Part shown: positions 63,631 to 64,000 of the stretch, in pieces
How the letters are laid out: each line of letters starts with the position of its first letter
How positions within the stretch are numbered: position 1 is the first letter of the stretch
NCBI RefSeq assembly: GCF_009914755.1
Contig: NC_060930.1
Reading direction: 5' to 3' (one strand)
DNA length: 64,000 nucleotides
Source: the human T2T-CHM13v2.0 reference genome, Homo sapiens
Program-made: the position numbers and the translations under genes
Notes under the pieces: generated by a model
Seen by the model: the letters and a program-made list of their open reading frames with translations, nothing else
What the model was told of the DNA's origin: nothing
Database searches by the model: none

Positions 63631-63829
63631 TTAAGTCCTCAGAGTCCCACATGGTGCCCCAAAGGGTGTTGAATGACCAAATGTCCCACAGTTGGCATTA
63701 CCCAGTGTCAGCTACCATCACAGGGAGAGTTAAGTTGCTACTACACTCTTCCATGCACCTCTCTGCTTGCCTGTTTGGATTAGCTTCTTGAAATGTGTTG
63801 CCTTGCCCCTTACTACCTAGGGTTTTGCA

Positions 63830-63948
63830 TCCATTCTCTCATTTAACAAACACTAGCTGAGATTCTATTTGCCAGATCCCAGTCTGGAGCTGGGAAAACT
63901 GTAGTGAGCAAAACAGATCTGCCCTCCTGGAGTTTGTAATCTAGTAGG
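63830..63948 (-). mobile_element. L2 3'-end fragment
   Basis: catttaacaaaca...gagctggg...gtgagcaaaacaga...ctgccctcctggagttt. Confidence 0.6.
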
Positions 63949-64000
63949 TCCATCATGATAGTTGTGCCATTTAGCCAGATCTTGAGTTCTCCACTGGGGT

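Overview
Human genomic DNA, rich in Alu and L1 repeats, from inside the CAP2 gene (cyclase-associated actin cytoskeleton regulatory protein 2; recognised from the peptide sequence, 6p22 from memory), transcribed on the + strand. Only two short coding exons are present: 689-789 (..GVAPSVEAFDKLMDSMVAEFLKNSRILAGDVETH) and 37108-37185 (AEMVHSAFQAQRAFLLMASQYQQPHE). These are probably exons 3 and 4, separated by a 36.3-kb GT-AG intron; the next intron runs off the end of the window. The rest is intronic: about 40 Alu elements (one near-consensus AluYa5), a 5'-truncated L1HS Ta-1 with a short non-A insert in its tail, older L1/L2/MIR/HAL1-like fragments, solo LTRs (MER50-, LTR33-, LTR47- and MLT1-like), MER1A/MER5 DNA transposons and microsatellites. 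No RNA gene, CRISPR array or second protein-coding gene is evident. The most interesting unexplained signals are: several sense-strand branch point/polypyrimidine/YAG|GT composite sites that look like recursive-splice (ratchet) points or microexons (best at 28782/28783); an open frame running from exon 4 to a consensus cryptic donor; the L1HS micro-transduction; and local duplications or templated insertions. Repeat subfamily names are by-eye calls, not RepeatMasker output.
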